Notes under the pieces: generated by a model
Databases searched by the model: none
What the model was told of the DNA's origin: nothing
The model's input: the letters and a program-made list of their open reading frames with translations, nothing else
Origin: Desulfotalea psychrophila LSv54
Lineage (GTDB): Bacteria > Desulfobacterota > Desulfobulbia > Desulfobulbales > Desulfocapsaceae
Length of the DNA stretch: 32,000 nt
Direction: 5' to 3'
Assembly (NCBI RefSeq): GCF_000025945.1
Contig: NC_006138.1
Coordinates: 1,890,001 to 1,922,000, forward strand
Shown: positions 7,911 through 17,447 of the stretch, one piece after another
Layout: the number at the start of each line of letters is the position of its first letter
How positions within the stretch are numbered: the stretch's first letter is position 1
Made by a program: the position numbers and the translations under genes

Positions 7911-8549
7911 TTGGAGAACAATAAGCAGGGAGATTCCTGGAGAATGTTTCGCATTATGGGGGAATTTGCCGAGGGCTTTGAATCAATGGGTGCAATTGAT
8001 GCCCCTGCGATAACAATTTTTGGTTCTGCCCGTACCTCCCCTGCTGACAAACACTATAAGGATGCTGTTATCTTGGCAGAAAAAGTGGCCGATGCAGGAT
8101 GGGCTGTTATTACAGGTGGCGGTCCCGGCATTATGGAGGCCGCTAATAAGGGGGCCTATGAGGCTGGTGGGCTTTCAGCGGGATTGAATGTTGATCTTCC
8201 CCATGAGCAGGAGAGTAACCCCTATTTGAATTACGCCCTTCATTTTAAGTATTTTTTTGTTCGTAAGGTGATGCTTGTTAAGTATTCTCGTGGCTTTATC
8301 TGTATGCCGGGGGGCTTTGGCTCAATGGATGAACTGTTTGAGGCCCTCACCCTTGTGCAGACAAATCGTATAGCCCCTTTTCCTATTGTTCTCTATGGCA
8401 GTGCTTTCTGGGGAGGTCTGGTTGAGTGGATGCGGGACGCCATGCTTTCCCATGGCAATATTGATGCGGCAGATTTGGATGCCTTTGTTGTGCTTGATGA
8501 CCCCGATGAGGTGATTACCTATTTGAAAAAAAATATGCTACCAATTTAA
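7911..8549 (+). CDS. LOG-family (TIGR00730, 'lysine decarboxylase-like') nucleotide phosphoribohydrolase
   Basis: The ORF contains SWRMFRIMGEFAEGFE, ITIFGSAR, ITGGGPGIMEAANKGA and PGGFGSMDELFEALTLVQT. The start is uncertain. TTG 7911 has no SD, and ATG 7944 would remove the conserved DSWR. See the finding on the overlapping upstream ORF. Confidence 0.85.
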   Translation: MENNKQGDSWRMFRIMGEFAEGFESMGAIDAPAITIFGSARTSPADKHYKDAVILAEKVADAGWAVITGGGPGIMEAANKGAYEAGGLSAGLNVDLPHEQESNPYLNYALHFKYFFVRKVMLVKYSRGFICMPGGFGSMDELFEALTLVQTNRIAPFPIVLYGSAFWGGLVEWMRDAMLSHGNIDAADLDAFVVLDDPDEVITYLKKNMLPI

Positions 8550-8605
8550 TATTCTGGCATTTGTTGAAAAATTTATGTGCGATTTTGTAAGGAATAAGAG
8601 AGGCT

Positions 8606-9688
8606 ATGGCGCAAATAGACGGTTTTTTTAAATTGATGAATGATGAAGGCGCTTCGGATTTACATATGGTTGCAAATCAGCAGCCCGTGTTGCGTATCCG
8701 TGGTGACATGGAGCGGGTAAAATTTAAAAAACTGGGAAATGACGAATTGCGGGCAATGCTCTATGAAATTTGCCCGGAAGAGAAAATCAAGTTATTTGAA
8801 GAGACGGGAGATATTGATTTTGGTTATGAAATCCCTGGACTTGCTCGTTACAGATGCAATTATTTCCAACAAAAATATGGTGTCGGAGCTGTCTTTCGTG
8901 AAATTCCCAGTGAGATTAAGACCTGTGCTGAATTGGGGCTTCCTGATATAATTTGTCGACTTGCCCATCTGCCCAAGGGGCTTGTCCTGATTACCGGGCC
9001 TACTGGTTCTGGTAAGTCGACGACTCTGGCTGCTATCATTGATGAGGCAAATAAGGTCCGTAAGGATCATATTCTTACCATTGAAGATCCGATAGAGTTT
9101 GTTCATCGCAGTCAGAGATGTGTGGTTAATCACCGGGAGGTGGGAACGCACACAGACAGCTTCGCCACAGCCCTTCGTGGCGCCCTGCGTGAAGATCCCG
9201 ATATTATCATGGTAGGTGAGCTGCGTGATCTGGAAACGATCAAACTTGCCATGGAGGCAGCGATGACAGGTCACCTGGTTTTTGGCACCCTGCATACCAT
9301 TAATGCCATGAAGACCGTTGACAGAATTATTGAAATTTTTCCGGCAAGTGAGCAGGGTCAGGTACGTTCCACCCTTGCTGATTCGTTACGGGCAGTTGTC
9401 TCCCAAACGCTTTTTAAGCGAACCGATGTGAAGGGGCGTTGTGCAGCCCTGGAGATTTTGATTGCAACCCCGGCAGTCCGTAACCTTATTCGTGAGGCAA
9501 AGACATTTCAAATTATCTCTTCTATGCAGACAGGGAAGAAATTTGGTATGAGAACCCTCGATGATTCGATCATGACCCTTTTAGAAAAGAAGATGATCAG
9601 TGCAGAAGATGCATATTCAAATGCCGGTGATAAGAGTAAATTTGTTAAATTTCTGCGTAAACCGCCCAGTGATTTCACCGAAATGTAA
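8606..9688 (+). CDS. pilT: Type IV pilus retraction ATPase PilT
   Basis: 360-aa ORF. SD AGAGAGG. Walker A GPTGSGKST, Asp box TIEDPIEF, Walker B DIIMVGELRD, His box TGHLVFGTLHT, and the PilT-type motif AxxIRNLIRE (TPAVRNLIREAK). Confidence 0.9.
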   Translation: MAQIDGFFKLMNDEGASDLHMVANQQPVLRIRGDMERVKFKKLGNDELRAMLYEICPEEKIKLFEETGDIDFGYEIPGLARYRCNYFQQKYGVGAVFREIPSEIKTCAELGLPDIICRLAHLPKGLVLITGPTGSGKSTTLAAIIDEANKVRKDHILTIEDPIEFVHRSQRCVVNHREVGTHTDSFATALRGALREDPDIIMVGELRDLETIKLAMEAAMTGHLVFGTLHTINAMKTVDRIIEIFPASEQGQVRSTLADSLRAVVSQTLFKRTDVKGRCAALEILIATPAVRNLIREAKTFQIISSMQTGKKFGMRTLDDSIMTLLEKKMISAEDAYSNAGDKSKFVKFLRKPPSDFTEM

Positions 9689-9706
9689 TGAGTGCCAGGG
9701 GAGGCG

Positions 9707-10747
9707 TCACTGCACTGGGACGAAGGCGAACTCTGTTGTGGGGAATTTATCGCTCACCAAGAGAAACCCTTTGTCCTCCAGGCGGACAATTCCCTCCCAA
9801 TTTCTGCTCTTACCGGGTAGCGGCTTTAGGGTAATGGCTGCTTTTTTTGTCCGTTTGATTGCCTCATCCTCATACTGCAATTCTACAATTCTCTCTAATC
9901 CTCCTGGATTGAGGCCTATCTCATCTTCTTGTAATATATCTGGGTCGCCTGCCAGCTTTTTGTCTCCCCTGTAAAAATAGTTGATTACCCAGAACTTATT
10001 GTTCTTATCTGCCGCAGTGGCGTCTGTAACTCTGTATGGCAGGGCAGGAAAGGGGATGTTGTTCTGGCCAGATCTCCTGAGACTAAATCCATGGGCAACA
10101 GGCCTTTGATTGACCGACTTTCCGTTAGCCTCATGAATAGAGTAGAGAGAGTGTCCTATAATTACCAATGATTCTTCACTCATATTGGGGATATGGGAGG
10201 GTGACTCGACTCGTATGGATCTCTCGATATCGACAAATGAGAGTTGTAGGCTGGAGAGGTCCTCTGCCATGGAGGCGGTAACAATTAGGGCATAGGCCTT
10301 GCCTGGACTTGGCTCCACTTCGATGGTGAGAAAGGCCGTATTACCGGAAAAGACAATTGCCTCATAACCCTCAAATCCCGGGAGGATATTCTGCAGATTT
10401 GGTCCCTTAAATTCAATTTCAAGGGGGTGCAGGACAGAACCATCTGTGATGGCCTTGTAGATATCTCTTTTATGGAGGGCAAAGATCCTTCCCCCTCCAC
10501 TTTTCTTTGGGAAATTTGGATACTGTGGTAGGAAGATAAGATAGTCTTTAAACCATGTCAGGCCAGAGATCTCGGCCAAGCGGTTGCTGATGGGGCCTGT
10601 TAGCTGTAGCTTCTGTACCTCTTTCACTGCCAGCTCTTCTCTTGGGCCGTTTACGGTGCAAGAGGTGGTAAGGAGGAGCAGGATGAGGGACGGGAGAAGT
10701 CGTGATAGGACGAATATCTCCCGAATTTTTTCTATAGTTTTTCGCAT
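9707..10747 (-). CDS. Uncharacterised lipoprotein, possibly a beta-propeller or 'phytase-like' fold
   Basis: 346-aa ORF. Signal peptide plus lipobox (LLLLTTS-C). Recurring (S/E)G-type strand motifs (ISGLTW, FEGYEAIVF, NWEGIVRLEDKGFLLVSD) recall the PF13449/SdiA-regulated propeller families. This is a weak call made by eye. Confidence 0.65.
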   Translation of the reverse strand: MRKTIEKIREIFVLSRLLPSLILLLLTTSCTVNGPREELAVKEVQKLQLTGPISNRLAEISGLTWFKDYLIFLPQYPNFPKKSGGGRIFALHKRDIYKAITDGSVLHPLEIEFKGPNLQNILPGFEGYEAIVFSGNTAFLTIEVEPSPGKAYALIVTASMAEDLSSLQLSFVDIERSIRVESPSHIPNMSEESLVIIGHSLYSIHEANGKSVNQRPVAHGFSLRRSGQNNIPFPALPYRVTDATAADKNNKFWVINYFYRGDKKLAGDPDILQEDEIGLNPGGLERIVELQYEDEAIKRTKKAAITLKPLPGKSRNWEGIVRLEDKGFLLVSDKFPTTEFAFVPVQ

Positions 10748-10781
10748 GATCTGCTACCTTAGGCTGGTTTAAAAGGGGGGA

Positions 10782-10810
10782 GTGCTAGCTAGCCTCTGAC
10801 TAGCCAGCAC
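10782..10810 (-). terminator. Hairpin downstream of the RND operon (minus strand)
   Basis: GTGCTAGCTAG (10782-10792), 7-nt loop, CTAGCCAGCAC (10800-10810). 11 bp with one mismatch. On the minus strand it is followed by TCCCCCCTTTTAAA. A second imperfect hairpin lies at 10810-10843. Confidence 0.45.
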
Positions 10811-10856
10811 TTAGGGCCATCTTATTTTGCAAAAGGCCCTTAGGCGAGATGTGCGT

Positions 10857-12257
10857 TTATTCAAGGGTTGTGCTAAGGCCGCCACCGAGAACCTTGTAAA
10901 GGCTTACCTTGTTGGCAAGTTCCTGTCTCTTGATGTCAATTTTGTTCAGCTGGGCAGTAAAGAGGCTACGTTGGGCATCGAGCGCACTGAGAAAACTATC
11001 GATGCCCTGGGTGTAACGCATCATGGAGAGATCGTAGGCATTTTGACTTGCGTTCACTAACATCTCTTGGGCATTGAGCTGTTCGCCCAGGGTATCCCTT
11101 GCCACAAGTTGATCGGCAACTTCCCTGAAGGCATTTTGAATTGTCTTTTCATATTGAGTAACGGCAATTTTTTGCTCTACCTCTGCAACCTTCAGTCTTG
11201 CCCGGTTTTGTCCTGCATTAAAAACAGGAATAGATATCGATGGACCAAAATTCCACACTCCATGATTAAACAGGTTGCCAAGATCATTACTGGCATATCC
11301 CAGCTCACCCGTAAGGGCGATGCGCGGGTAGAAGGCAGCTCGGGCGGCACCAATATTTGCCCCTGCCCCCTTCATCTGATATTCGGCCTGTTTGATATCA
11401 GGTCGGTTGAGCAGTATCTGAGAGGGAAGGCCAACGGGGATCTCCTGGAGGAGGGCCACCTCCTGTAGGCTTTTTTGCAGGGGTATCTTGCTAAAATCTT
11501 TTATCCCTAGCAGGGCGACAAGGCCATTTTTGTCCTGTTGCACCAGGCGGGTATAGAGTGCCTGTTTTGTCCGGGATGTCTCCACTGCAATTTGCACCTG
11601 GGCAATATCAAGTTTTGTGGCAATGCCGTACTGGTAACGTTTCATGATGAGATCGCGACTCTTCTTCTGTGCCTTTAGGGTCTTATGGGAGAAGTTCAGG
11701 CTTTCGATATCACTGATAAGCTGCAGATAGGTATTTGCCGATTCGGCAATCAGGGCAATAGAGATACTTTTTTGAGCCTCCTCCGTTGCCAGATAGCTGT
11801 TTAGGGCGGCTTTACTCAAACTCTGAATTCTGCCAAAGAGGTCAAGCTCATAGGATGGCATTGTCAGGCCTGCTTTATACAGGTCCTGGGCAGGAGTGCC
11901 ATCTGGTTGATAATTGGCAAACTGGCCTGAGCCAGTGGCATTGATCTTTGGAAAAAGATCGGCGCGTTGGATATTATAGGTCGCCCGGGATTTTTCAACG
12001 TTGAGCAGGGCAGTCTGTAAATCCTTGTTGTTGTCGAGGGCAAGTTGTACCACATCTCGTAGAGATTCTGAGAGGAAGAACTCCTGCCATGGAATGTTTA
12101 TGGCAAGTTGGTTTGTATCTACTTCTGACTCTATGCCATATTCTCCCGCCTTCCAGGTAGCAGCAGTTGGTGTTTCCGGTTGCTGGTATTCTGGGATCAG
12201 CACGCATGAAGAGAGCATGGTGGCGGCTAAGAGCAGGGTCATATATCTTTTTTTCAT
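10857..12257 (-). CDS. RND efflux outer-membrane factor lipoprotein (NodT/OprM family)
   Basis: 466-aa ORF. Signal peptide plus lipobox (MLSS-C). Two OEP-type repeats are present. Its ATG abuts the RND gene stop (TAAATG). Confidence 0.92.
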   Translation of the reverse strand: MKKRYMTLLLAATMLSSCVLIPEYQQPETPTAATWKAGEYGIESEVDTNQLAINIPWQEFFLSESLRDVVQLALDNNKDLQTALLNVEKSRATYNIQRADLFPKINATGSGQFANYQPDGTPAQDLYKAGLTMPSYELDLFGRIQSLSKAALNSYLATEEAQKSISIALIAESANTYLQLISDIESLNFSHKTLKAQKKSRDLIMKRYQYGIATKLDIAQVQIAVETSRTKQALYTRLVQQDKNGLVALLGIKDFSKIPLQKSLQEVALLQEIPVGLPSQILLNRPDIKQAEYQMKGAGANIGAARAAFYPRIALTGELGYASNDLGNLFNHGVWNFGPSISIPVFNAGQNRARLKVAEVEQKIAVTQYEKTIQNAFREVADQLVARDTLGEQLNAQEMLVNASQNAYDLSMMRYTQGIDSFLSALDAQRSLFTAQLNKIDIKRQELANKVSLYKVLGGGLSTTLE

Positions 12258-15200
12258 TTATTCTACCTCGCTGTCTTTTTCGACGATTATCTCTTCCGGT
12301 TTTTTGCTAAGGGACATTTTTTCAACGATTACAAAGAAAAGTGGTACAAAAAAGATTGCGAGAAATGTCGCCGCAAACATTCCACCTATAACAGCTATGC
12401 CAATCGCATTTTGACTTGCGGCACCGGCACCACTGGATGTGGCAAGTGGTAGTACGCCAAGGATAAAGGCCATGGAGGTCATGATGATTGGTCTGTAGCG
12501 CAGTTCAAAGGCGGTGAGGGCCGCATCCATAAGGGTATGGCCGTCTTCGTAGAGTTCTTTTGCGAACTCAACGATTAAAATTGCATTCTTAGCGCAGAGC
12601 CCAAGGGTGGTGAGCAGGGCTACTTGGAAATAAATATCATTGTCCATGCCAAAGGCCGAGGTGGCGATAACTGCTCCAATAATACCCAGAGGCAGGACAA
12701 ATAGTACGGAGAAGGGGATGGACCAACTCTCATAGAGGGCTGCTAGACTGAGGAAGACAATGAGAATAGAGATGGCGTAGAGGGCCGGAGCTTGGGATCC
12801 TGAAGCACGCTCTTCGTAGGAAAGCCCTGACCATTCATAACCAATACCCTCAGGGAGCTTTTTGGACATCTCTTCCATCTCTGTCATCGCCTCACCGGAA
12901 CTGACTCCTGGTGCATTGGCTCCCAGGATGTTGATGGAGGCATAGCCGTTAAATCGTTCAAGACGAGGAGAACCGTAGTTCCAAGAGGTCTTGGTAAAGG
13001 CGGTAAAAGGAACCATTTTCCCCGAGGAATTTTTGACATACCACTCTTCGATATCAGTTGGTTGCATTCGTGATTTGGTAATTCCCTGGACATAGACTTT
13101 TTTTACTCTGTTTTTGTCCATAAAGTCATTGACGTAACTCGAACCCCACGCTGTTTGCAGGGTGTCATTGATATCGGCGATAGCAAGGCCAAGTGCTCGA
13201 GCTTTTTGGAAATCTATCTCTATCTTAAATTGAGGGACATCGTTGAGACCATTGGGGCGAACGCCGACCAATTTGGGGTTTTTTCTGGCCATGCCCAGTA
13301 ATTGGTTACGTGCCTGCATCAGTTTGTCATGGCCAAGGCCTACATAGTCGATGAGCTGGAAGTCAAAACCCGATGCGGTACCAAGGTCGATGATGGGAGG
13401 AGGATAAAAAGCAAAGATCATTGCATCTTTCACCTCGGACATGGCTCGCATAATTTGATTTGCAATGGCCATAACGCTCTGGTCTTTTCCCTTTCTCTCT
13501 GACCAATCCTTCATATTGAGGAAGCCTAAAGCGGTATTTTGGCCATGACCGGCAAAGCTAAAACCGACGATGGTCATATATTGCTCGATGTTCTTGGTTT
13601 GTTCTGTTTGCAGGTAGTGATCAAGTTGTTTCATTGCAGCTTCTGTTCGTTGTGCTGATGCCCCGGCAGGGGTCGAGGCCATTACCATGAGAACACCCTG
13701 ATCTTCGTCTGGTAAAAATCCCGTTGGCATTTTCATGAATAAAAAGCCAAGGGTAACAACGAGTAGGGCGTAGATGATAAGAAAACGGAAGCTGCGTTTG
13801 GCAATGTAGCCGGAGGCTTTTTTGGTCCCACTCCGTGCCCGGTTGAAGGTTCGGTTGAACCAACCAAAAAAACCAGTCGTTTTCTCGCCATGCCCCTTTG
13901 GAACCGGTTTTAAAAATGTGGCACAGAGGGTTGGGGTCAGGATCAGGGCGACGAGCACAGAAAGTGTCATTGCTGAGACAATGGTAATGGAAAATTGGCG
14001 ATAGATAGCACCGGTAGAACCACTAAAGAAGGCCATGGGAACAAAAACAGCAGAGAGCACTAAAGCGATACCGACGAGGGCGCCGGTGATTTGATCCATG
14101 GATTTACGGGTGGCCTCTTTGGGCGAGAGTCCCTCTTCGCTCATGACCCTTTCAACGTTTTCTACCACAACAATGGCATCATCCACTAGCAGACCGATGG
14201 CAAGTACCATGGCAAACATGGTGAGGGTGTTGATGGTAAAGCCGCAGACATGTAAAATAGCAAAGGTACCGAGGAGAACAACCGGTACGGCAAGGGTAGG
14301 GATCAGTGTTGCCCTGAAATTTTGCAGAAAGAGAAACATAACAAGAAAGACGAGGAAGATAGCCTCAAACAGGGTCTTTACAACTTCTCTGATGGAAATT
14401 TTTACAAATGGCGTTGTGTCATAGGGAAAGCTGTACTCAACTCCAACCGGTAGGTATTCGGCCAGTTCTGCCAGTTTTGTTTTTACCCGAGCTGCGGTAT
14501 CCAGGGCGTTGGCTCCCGTTGCTAGACTTATACCAAAGGCGGCACAGGGCTTTCCCATTCGTTTAATGATGGTGCCGTAGGTTTCAGCACCAAGTTCAAC
14601 GGAGGCAATGTCGCTTAAGCGTACCTGAGATCCATCTGTGTTTACCCGCAGGATAATATCTTCAAATTCATCAACGGTCTTTAAACGTGACTGGGCAAGT
14701 ACCGTTGCGTTGATCTGTTGTCCCTGCACAGCAGGCAGGCCGCCCAACTGTCCTGCGGAGACATCGATATTTTGTTCAGAGATCGCCGTCAGTACTTCAT
14801 TTGTTGAGAGTTGAAAACTGTACATTTTTTGTGGATCGAGCCATATACGCATGGCGTATGGGTCACCAAAGGCCGTTACCGTACCGACTCCGCTAATCCT
14901 TGAAATAGGGTCACTTATTTGGGATGAGATAAGATCGGCAAGGTAGATCTGGTCGATATCTGGGTTGTTAGAGTAAAAGCTGGTTACAAAAAGATAACTT
15001 GTGGAGGATTTTTCAACAGTAACCCCCTGTGATTGCACCGCCTGTGGTAGCTGTGGCATTGCCGTTTGTACTTTATTCTGTACTTGAACCTGAGCGATAT
15101 CAGGGTCAGTTCCCGGCTCCAGGGTAACTGTAATGGTTACCATACCTGCTGACTCACTGGTGGAACTGAAATAACGTATATTATCAATTCCGGTCAGTTC

Positions 15201-15401
15201 CTGTTCTATAACCTGGGTAACACTGTTTTGCAGAGTTTCCGCAGAGGCACCAGGGTAAAAGGCCGAGATGGAGACCTGAGGAGGAGCGATAGTAGGATAT
15301 TGCTCTACTGGCATGCCGATGATGGCAAGGACACCCGCCAGCATGATGAGTAGGGCGATGACCCAGGCAAAAACTGGACGATCAATAAAAAAACGAGACA
15401 T
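12258..15401 (-). CDS. RND inner-membrane multidrug efflux transporter (AcrB/MexB type)
   Basis: 1047-aa ORF. N-terminal [23 protein letters not shown], with the characteristic length and two large periplasmic loops flanked by TM bundles. Confidence 0.95.
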   Translation of the reverse strand: MSRFFIDRPVFAWVIALLIMLAGVLAIIGMPVEQYPTIAPPQVSISAFYPGASAETLQNSVTQVIEQELTGIDNIRYFSSTSESAGMVTITVTLEPGTDPDIAQVQVQNKVQTAMPQLPQAVQSQGVTVEKSSTSYLFVTSFYSNNPDIDQIYLADLISSQISDPISRISGVGTVTAFGDPYAMRIWLDPQKMYSFQLSTNEVLTAISEQNIDVSAGQLGGLPAVQGQQINATVLAQSRLKTVDEFEDIILRVNTDGSQVRLSDIASVELGAETYGTIIKRMGKPCAAFGISLATGANALDTAARVKTKLAELAEYLPVGVEYSFPYDTTPFVKISIREVVKTLFEAIFLVFLVMFLFLQNFRATLIPTLAVPVVLLGTFAILHVCGFTINTLTMFAMVLAIGLLVDDAIVVVENVERVMSEEGLSPKEATRKSMDQITGALVGIALVLSAVFVPMAFFSGSTGAIYRQFSITIVSAMTLSVLVALILTPTLCATFLKPVPKGHGEKTTGFFGWFNRTFNRARSGTKKASGYIAKRSFRFLIIYALLVVTLGFLFMKMPTGFLPDEDQGVLMVMASTPAGASAQRTEAAMKQLDHYLQTEQTKNIEQYMTIVGFSFAGHGQNTALGFLNMKDWSERKGKDQSVMAIANQIMRAMSEVKDAMIFAFYPPPIIDLGTASGFDFQLIDYVGLGHDKLMQARNQLLGMARKNPKLVGVRPNGLNDVPQFKIEIDFQKARALGLAIADINDTLQTAWGSSYVNDFMDKNRVKKVYVQGITKSRMQPTDIEEWYVKNSSGKMVPFTAFTKTSWNYGSPRLERFNGYASINILGANAPGVSSGEAMTEMEEMSKKLPEGIGYEWSGLSYEERASGSQAPALYAISILIVFLSLAALYESWSIPFSVLFVLPLGIIGAVIATSAFGMDNDIYFQVALLTTLGLCAKNAILIVEFAKELYEDGHTLMDAALTAFELRYRPIIMTSMAFILGVLPLATSSGAGAASQNAIGIAVIGGMFAATFLAIFFVPLFFVIVEKMSLSKKPEEIIVEKDSEVE

Positions 15402-15434
15402 TGTCTATTCCTTAACAGAGAGTTTGGTGGAAGA

Positions 15435-16580
15435 CTATTTCTTTGCCGTATCTTGAGGCGCCGTGATTTTTACAGTTGCCTCTGTTCGGAGTCGTTGGAA
15501 ACCTTCAGTGATAACCTTATCTCCTGCCTTAAGGCCCTCTGTTACAATCCAGTTGTTGCCATAGGATTCACCCACCTTTATTGATACAGAAACGGCCTGG
15601 CTTTTATCGTTTATTGTCCAGGCAGAAACTTTTCCCTTCAGGCCACGAATAGCTGCCTGTTGTGGAATGAGAAGAACGTCTACTTCATCCAGAAGCAGGG
15701 TGGCATAGGCAAAAAGACCCGGGAAAAGGATCTGTTCAGGGTTGGGAAAGATGGCGCGTAGCTCTACGCTTGCTGTTGTAGGGTTAACGATAACATCGGA
15801 AAACTGCAATTTCCCCTGGTGTTGATAGATACCAAGGTTGCCGCCAAAATCGAGATTGACCAGAATTTCCTCGGTGTTTTTCGCCTTTTGTTTCATGACA
15901 AGTACCTTGTTACGTACCTCCTGCATGTCTATGTAAATTGGGTCGAGTTGGGTGATCTGGGCCATGAGTGGAGCTTGGTTTGCGGTAACCAAGGCGCCTT
16001 CTGTCACGTTAGATTTACCGATAAGGCCACTGATAGGGGCATAAACTTTGGTGTATTTAAGATTGATCTTGGCCGAGGCAACTGAAGCCTCTGCTATGGC
16101 AACATCCGCCTTTGCCTGTAGAAGTGCGGCCCAGGTATCGTCGTAGGCCTGTTTACTTACAGCATTGATCAGGACAAGTTGAGCATAGCGCTTTTCTTTG
16201 ACATTTGTTGATTCAAGGTTGGCATGGGCCTTGAGTAGATCGGCCTTGGCACTATTGTAGACCGCTTGGTAGGGTGCAGGGTCAATTTGGTAGAGCTGGC
16301 TGCCTTTTTTTACCGCTCCTCCTTCGGTGAAGAGACGTTTTTTTATGATTCCTGTGACCTGTGGCCGTATTTCTGCCACCTTGTAGGCTGTGGCCCGGGC
16401 AGGAATCTGCTGGGTATATTGAATTGCGGTTGGTTTGAGGGTGATGGCAGAAACGGCAGTAGCTGGTGCCTTCTGTCCATCTTTTGTCGGCTCTTCGCTG
16501 GCAAAGGAGGAGAGCGGCGAGCAAAATACCAGGGCAAGGGCGAATCCTGTGCAATATTTAACAAATGACGTAGTCTTCAT
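15435..16580 (-). CDS. RND efflux membrane-fusion (periplasmic adaptor) protein, AcrA/MexA type
   Basis: Contains VAEIRPQVTGIIKKRLFTEGGAVKKGSQLYQIDPAPYQA, which closely resembles AcrA. I place the start at ATG 16580 (MKTTSFVKYCTGFALALVFCSPLSSFA-SEE, a signal peptide; AGGA upstream). The track start at 16667 would overlap the TetR gene. Confidence 0.9.
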   Translation of the reverse strand: MKTTSFVKYCTGFALALVFCSPLSSFASEEPTKDGQKAPATAVSAITLKPTAIQYTQQIPARATAYKVAEIRPQVTGIIKKRLFTEGGAVKKGSQLYQIDPAPYQAVYNSAKADLLKAHANLESTNVKEKRYAQLVLINAVSKQAYDDTWAALLQAKADVAIAEASVASAKINLKYTKVYAPISGLIGKSNVTEGALVTANQAPLMAQITQLDPIYIDMQEVRNKVLVMKQKAKNTEEILVNLDFGGNLGIYQHQGKLQFSDVIVNPTTASVELRAIFPNPEQILFPGLFAYATLLLDEVDVLLIPQQAAIRGLKGKVSAWTINDKSQAVSVSIKVGESYGNNWIVTEGLKAGDKVITEGFQRLRTEATVKITAPQDTAKK

Positions 16581-16647
16581 TGATAAGAATCCTGTTGAAG
16601 TGTATAGGAGAAACTTTTTAAAGTCACTCATCGTGAGCAATTTTAGA

Positions 16648-17229
16648 TCAGGTTGCCTCCGGGGCAAGTGCTTTTTTCATAAAATTGAGGTAAGTGGGAA
16701 ATAGATTCGGCGTAGGGGCTATTGTTAGTGTCATATGTCGATCAATCCCTATTGAGGTGGCAATAAAGAAATGCGCTGTTGTATGTGGATCCATCTCCCG
16801 GATAGAGCCATCCTCTATACCTCTCTTTATTAAATACTCAACCTGAGCTATAGAGGTGTCGAAGAACTCAAGAAATATTTTTTTTGTCTCCTCATGTTGG
16901 TAGAGCAGGCTTGGGACAAAATTGGGCAAAACAAAGACGAGGGTACTGCCCTCTTCACGGCGTAAGTCATTACAAAATTGGGCATATTTTATAAGAGCCT
17001 CCATGCCTGTTCCCTCGTTGGAGGGGAAGAATTTTATCGCCTCCAGCTGGGAGTTGATGATGGAAGAGAAAATATGCAATAATATTCCTTCCTTATTTGC
17101 AAAGTGGTAAAAGAGTGTCCCCTGTGCGACCTTTGCCTTCTTGCGGATATCCGAGGTGGTTGTTTCTCGGTAGCCTTTTTCGGTAAAGAGCTCTGTGGCG
17201 GCCTGGATAATAATTTCTTTTTTGGTCAT
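16648..17229 (-). CDS. TetR/AcrR-family transcriptional repressor, first gene of the efflux operon
   Basis: 193-aa ORF. N-terminal HTH AATELFTEKGYRETTTSDIRKKAKVAQGTLFYHFANKEGIL. Confidence 0.9.
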   Translation of the reverse strand: MTKKEIIIQAATELFTEKGYRETTTSDIRKKAKVAQGTLFYHFANKEGILLHIFSSIINSQLEAIKFFPSNEGTGMEALIKYAQFCNDLRREEGSTLVFVLPNFVPSLLYQHEETKKIFLEFFDTSIAQVEYLIKRGIEDGSIREMDPHTTAHFFIATSIGIDRHMTLTIAPTPNLFPTYLNFMKKALAPEAT

Positions 17230-17270
17230 TTTGTATGATAGTAAAAGTGTAAGGTATTAAAACGTCATTA

Positions 17271-17299
17271 ATTATCTAATAATCTAGATATGATGTCAA
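17271..17299 (-). promoter_or_regulatory. Sigma70-like promoter of the TetR-RND operon, with an overlapping inverted repeat (candidate TetR operator)
   Basis: Minus strand reads TTGACA (17299-17294), 17-nt spacer, GATAAT (17276-17271), about 40 nt upstream of the TetR ATG. The inverted repeat TATCTA-N6-TAGATA (17273-17290) overlaps the -10 box and spacer. Confidence 0.5.
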
Positions 17300-17324
17300 T
17301 AGAAAGCTGTGCTTTTATGTAGAA

Positions 17325-17340
17325 GACTGACCAGTCAGTC
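17325..17340. promoter_or_regulatory. Perfect inverted repeat GACTGAC-CA-GTCAGTC
   Basis: 7-bp arms with a 2-bp spacer, about 26 bp upstream of the -35 box of the TetR promoter. This is a second candidate regulator-binding site. Confidence 0.35.
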
Positions 17341-17393
17341 AAAACAAAACAGGCTTGATCTAAGGGGAAAGTTAGGAGGAAAGGTCTGCTGTG

Positions 17394-17428
17394 GAAAGTT
17401 TGCGCCTGCGATCAGGGCGCAAACTTTC
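17394..17428 (-). terminator. Stem-loop downstream of metY
   Basis: GAAAGTTTGCGCC (17394-17406), 9-nt loop, GGCGCAAACTTTC (17416-17428). A perfect 13-bp stem 20 nt past the metY stop. There is no clear U-run on either strand. Confidence 0.55.
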
Positions 17429-17447
17429 TGTTAAGCTCTGTTGGAAA

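Noticed and set aside
8555-8570. TGGCAT upstream of pilT as a possible sigma54 -24 element
   Set aside because: There is no GC (-12) element at the required GG-N10-GC spacing.
16581-16667. N-terminal 29-aa extension of the membrane-fusion protein ORF
   Set aside because: It would overlap the TetR stop. The internal Met at 16580 is followed immediately by a canonical signal peptide and has an upstream AGGA.
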